A DNA stretch of 64,000 nucleotides, from the NCBI GenBank assembly GCA_026023565.1, contig JAPETS010000032.1, positions 248,001-312,000 on the forward strand. The letters run 5' to 3'. The DNA comes from Cirrosporium novae-zelandiae. Its lineage: Eukaryota. Below, piece by piece: positions 61,246-64,000 of the stretch (within the stretch, counting starts at the first letter, position 1; the number at the start of each line of letters is the position of its first letter). The translations under genes were made by a program, and so were the position numbers. Below the pieces are notes generated by a model. That model worked only from the letters and a program-made list of their open reading frames with translations. It ran no database searches and had not been told where the DNA came from.

Positions 61246-64000
61246 ATGCCCGGTTTTGCGGACTCGTTCTGGTCCGGCGACTATGCCGGAGGCCTCGGCG
61301 TGCTGTTTGGGAAGTTGCAGCAAGGAGTGGTGGAGAACCAACAAGTGTTGACGATCGCAAGTATGCGTGCCGATGCCGAAGAAGCGTATGGAGACAAGAT
61401 GGAAGATATTGCGCCGGCAGTAGACAAATTGACTGGAGGCTTCAACAAGGACGAAGGTGCAAGTGTGCGCAAGGTGAGAGCTTACCGCTATTCTTACATG
61501 AATCTCAAATGACTGATGGATATGTCTTTTTAGGCGTACGAGGGTGTTCGAAATGAAATGGTCGAGGCTTCGAAGAGCCACCACAAAATCGCTTCCAATA
61601 TCCGAGAACTAGTCGTTAATCCCTTCAGTCGATGGTGCGCCGCACATTCAGCTCGGGTTCAAAATTCCCAAGATGACCTTCAGACAAGAATCAAAGCCCA
61701 CGACAAACAAGCGGATGTTGTACGGAAGCTTAGAAGTCAGTATTTTAACAAGTGCCGAATGGCGGAGGACCTGGAGGAGGAAAATAAACTTGCGTTCCAG
61801 GAGCCAGAGAAACCCACGAGCCCGAAACCTCTGTCACCGCCTATAATTAAGCTTCCGGAAGATAGCGATGAAGAAGAGCCAGAAATCGTAGAGATTGGCG
61901 ACGAGGAATACTCACCGGAGAAGTTAAAGGCGTTCCTGACCGACATGTTAAATAACATCAAGCTTGGAGAAGCGAAGGTGCCAATTTTGGGAACATACCT
62001 GAATGTATCTACCGGCTCGGACATTGTTGACTACCTTCGGGAAAAGAAGGGCGCTTCAAGCGTCAGCTATGCGGAACGGATAGGCCAAGATCTCGTGTCG
62101 ACTGGCTTCCTTAGACTCGTTGGTAACGTCGGGCGGCTTTTTGCCAACAGTTCGAAGATGAATTACCAATGGCGAACAAAGGCATTCCTGATAACTGGCA
62201 TCCCAGAGAAAAAGAAGGAACTTGACAGAGTATCATCTATTAGTTCCGCCGCCGAAAGCGTGGTCGATTCTCCTCTTGTTGGCTCCGTTGGAGAAATGCT
62301 TGCAGGGTGGAATCCTCTTAACAATGCTCATCCGAATGAAACTCCAGCAGAGAAACTCAAGCGGGAAGCAAAGGAGGCAGATGATCGATATAAAGCTGGC
62401 GTCAGAAAATTGGACCTTTTGCGGTGCAACCTCGAGGAGTCCATAGTGGATCATCTAAAATTCATGGAACGATGTGAGCTTGACCGGCTGAAAGCTATCA
62501 AGGCTGTTATTCTTGATTTCTCTGGAGCTATCAGCAATGTTATCCCTAGCTTACAGAGTACTGTGGACAATATGATGTTATACCAAGAAACAGTACAACC
62601 TCTTGGGGATTTAAGGTACTTGTTGGAGAATTACCGCACTGGAGCTTTCATCCCAAAAGTGCAGGTCTACGACAATTATTATAACTCTGTCGATGGTAAG
62701 GTTACGCCAATGCATCAATCGGGAACCCTTGCTGACTAGGTGCAGAACAATCGTTTGGAGTTGACCTTGAAGCCCGAGCCCGTGCAGATCGCAAAAGAGT
62801 ACCAATCATCATCACTACTATCCTTACCTTCCTCGATAACCGTAAGATTCACCAACGCTTCCAAACTCCCACAATCATCCTTCATTCGGCTGTGCTAACA
62901 TCTTAGTCAGATTACCCCGACCTTGAAGGCGATGAAGCTCGTCGTAGTATATGGCTTGTCGAGGTTCCCTTAGCAGCAACCCATCATCTCCGCAATGTCA
63001 TCAACAATGGCAGTGCAGTACCCCGCGAAGTCTTGGAACGTTATGAGATACCCATTGTCGCCAGTGTTTTGAAATTATACTTGCTTGAACTTCCTGGTAT
63101 TATTTCTTTCCATCGCCTTGCATTTTCCATCTCTAACCTTTTGACGAATAGATTCCCTCGTTTCCAACCAAGTTTATGAGATCATCAAATCCATCTACTC
63201 AACTGCCGGCTCCCCTACCGCCGAAGAAGCCCGCATCACAGTCCTTCAAAACACTTTAGGCCAACTTCGCCTGGCCAACATCGCTACCCTTGATGCCATC
63301 GTCACACACTTCACCCGTTTGATCGAACTCACATCAGCAGACGAAGAATATATTTCCGCACTCGCCCACTCACTCTCGCCATGTATCCTAAGACCAAGGA
63401 CAGAGACAACGCTTACAATGCAGGAACGCCATGCGTATAGATTGTTGAGGGATCTATTTGCGCACAAAGATGCCATTTTCGGAGAGTTGAAACGACAATC
63501 TAGTCATTCTTCGCATCGACCTCGTGGCATGACTGATGAATCCTCCCGAAGAGCAGCCATGGAAGAGCGTCAGAGAGCAATCGCATCACGCTCAAGGGCT
63601 TCCAGTCCTGCTCCACCACGTCATCGACGTGATAGATCAGTAGGAAATCCCAGTGATACACGCTTCCCAATAAACCCAAGCGGCGCCGGCTCTCCATCAA
63701 CAGCCTCTAGTTCCACAAAGCGAAGCTCACTACGAAACTCACTCGATGTTCCAGGCGCTGTCACCATGTCCGCAACTTTATCCTCACCGCCTGCTGATGC
63801 CGTTGCTTTCCAAAACGGCACGGGAGCTGATCATACGCACACAGACTCGGATTCCACAACCACATCTGTCACCTCTCCCGTAACCACATCCACAACCGCA
63901 TCAAGCTTCCAAGAAAAGAGAAATTCGCTAGGAAGATCTGCAATAGTGGGACGAGGTGGACGAAGAGGAACCGCAAGCAGTATGGGCGGAAGTAGTCTAA
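61246..64000 (+). CDS. F-BAR/DEP/RhoGAP protein (Rgd2/Rga8-like), runs off the right edge
   Basis: MPGFADSFWSGDYAGG F-BAR start, DEP region (AERIGQDLV..GFLRLVGNVG), and FGVDLEARARADRKRVP and VLKLYLLELPDSLV GAP-domain motifs. Confidence 0.92.

Overview
Eukaryotic, intron-containing DNA from a filamentous ascomycete (Pezizomycotina). Evidence: GT-AG introns with CTAAC/CTGAC branch points, Zn2Cys6 and HET domains, and many microsatellites. The left ~22 kb looks accessory. It holds two different PD-(D/E)XK nuclease-like genes, an in-frame Fot1/pogo transposase derivative that has lost its DDE domain, a HET-domain pseudogene, a possible tyrosine-recombinase 5' relic, and a tandem pair of secreted Ser/Thr-stalk proteins. 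Spliced by hand, one of the pair ends in an 8-Cys defensin-like domain containing dibasic (Kex2-type) sites. Interspersed are an NmrA-like gene, an amino-acid permease plus M20 carboxypeptidase with GATA-rich promoters, and an intronless DHCR24-like FAD oxidoreductase. The middle holds a divergent GPR1/FUN34/YaaH transporter plus alcohol dehydrogenase pair, a small bZIP, a haloalkane-dehalogenase-like hydrolase and an XIP-type aquaporin. The right half is housekeeping-like: WW-PhoD protein, Zn2Cys6 TF with micro-exons, ECM29, ADE8, M19 dipeptidase and an F-BAR/DEP/RhoGAP gene (truncated). Gene models were spliced by eye and no database searches were run.
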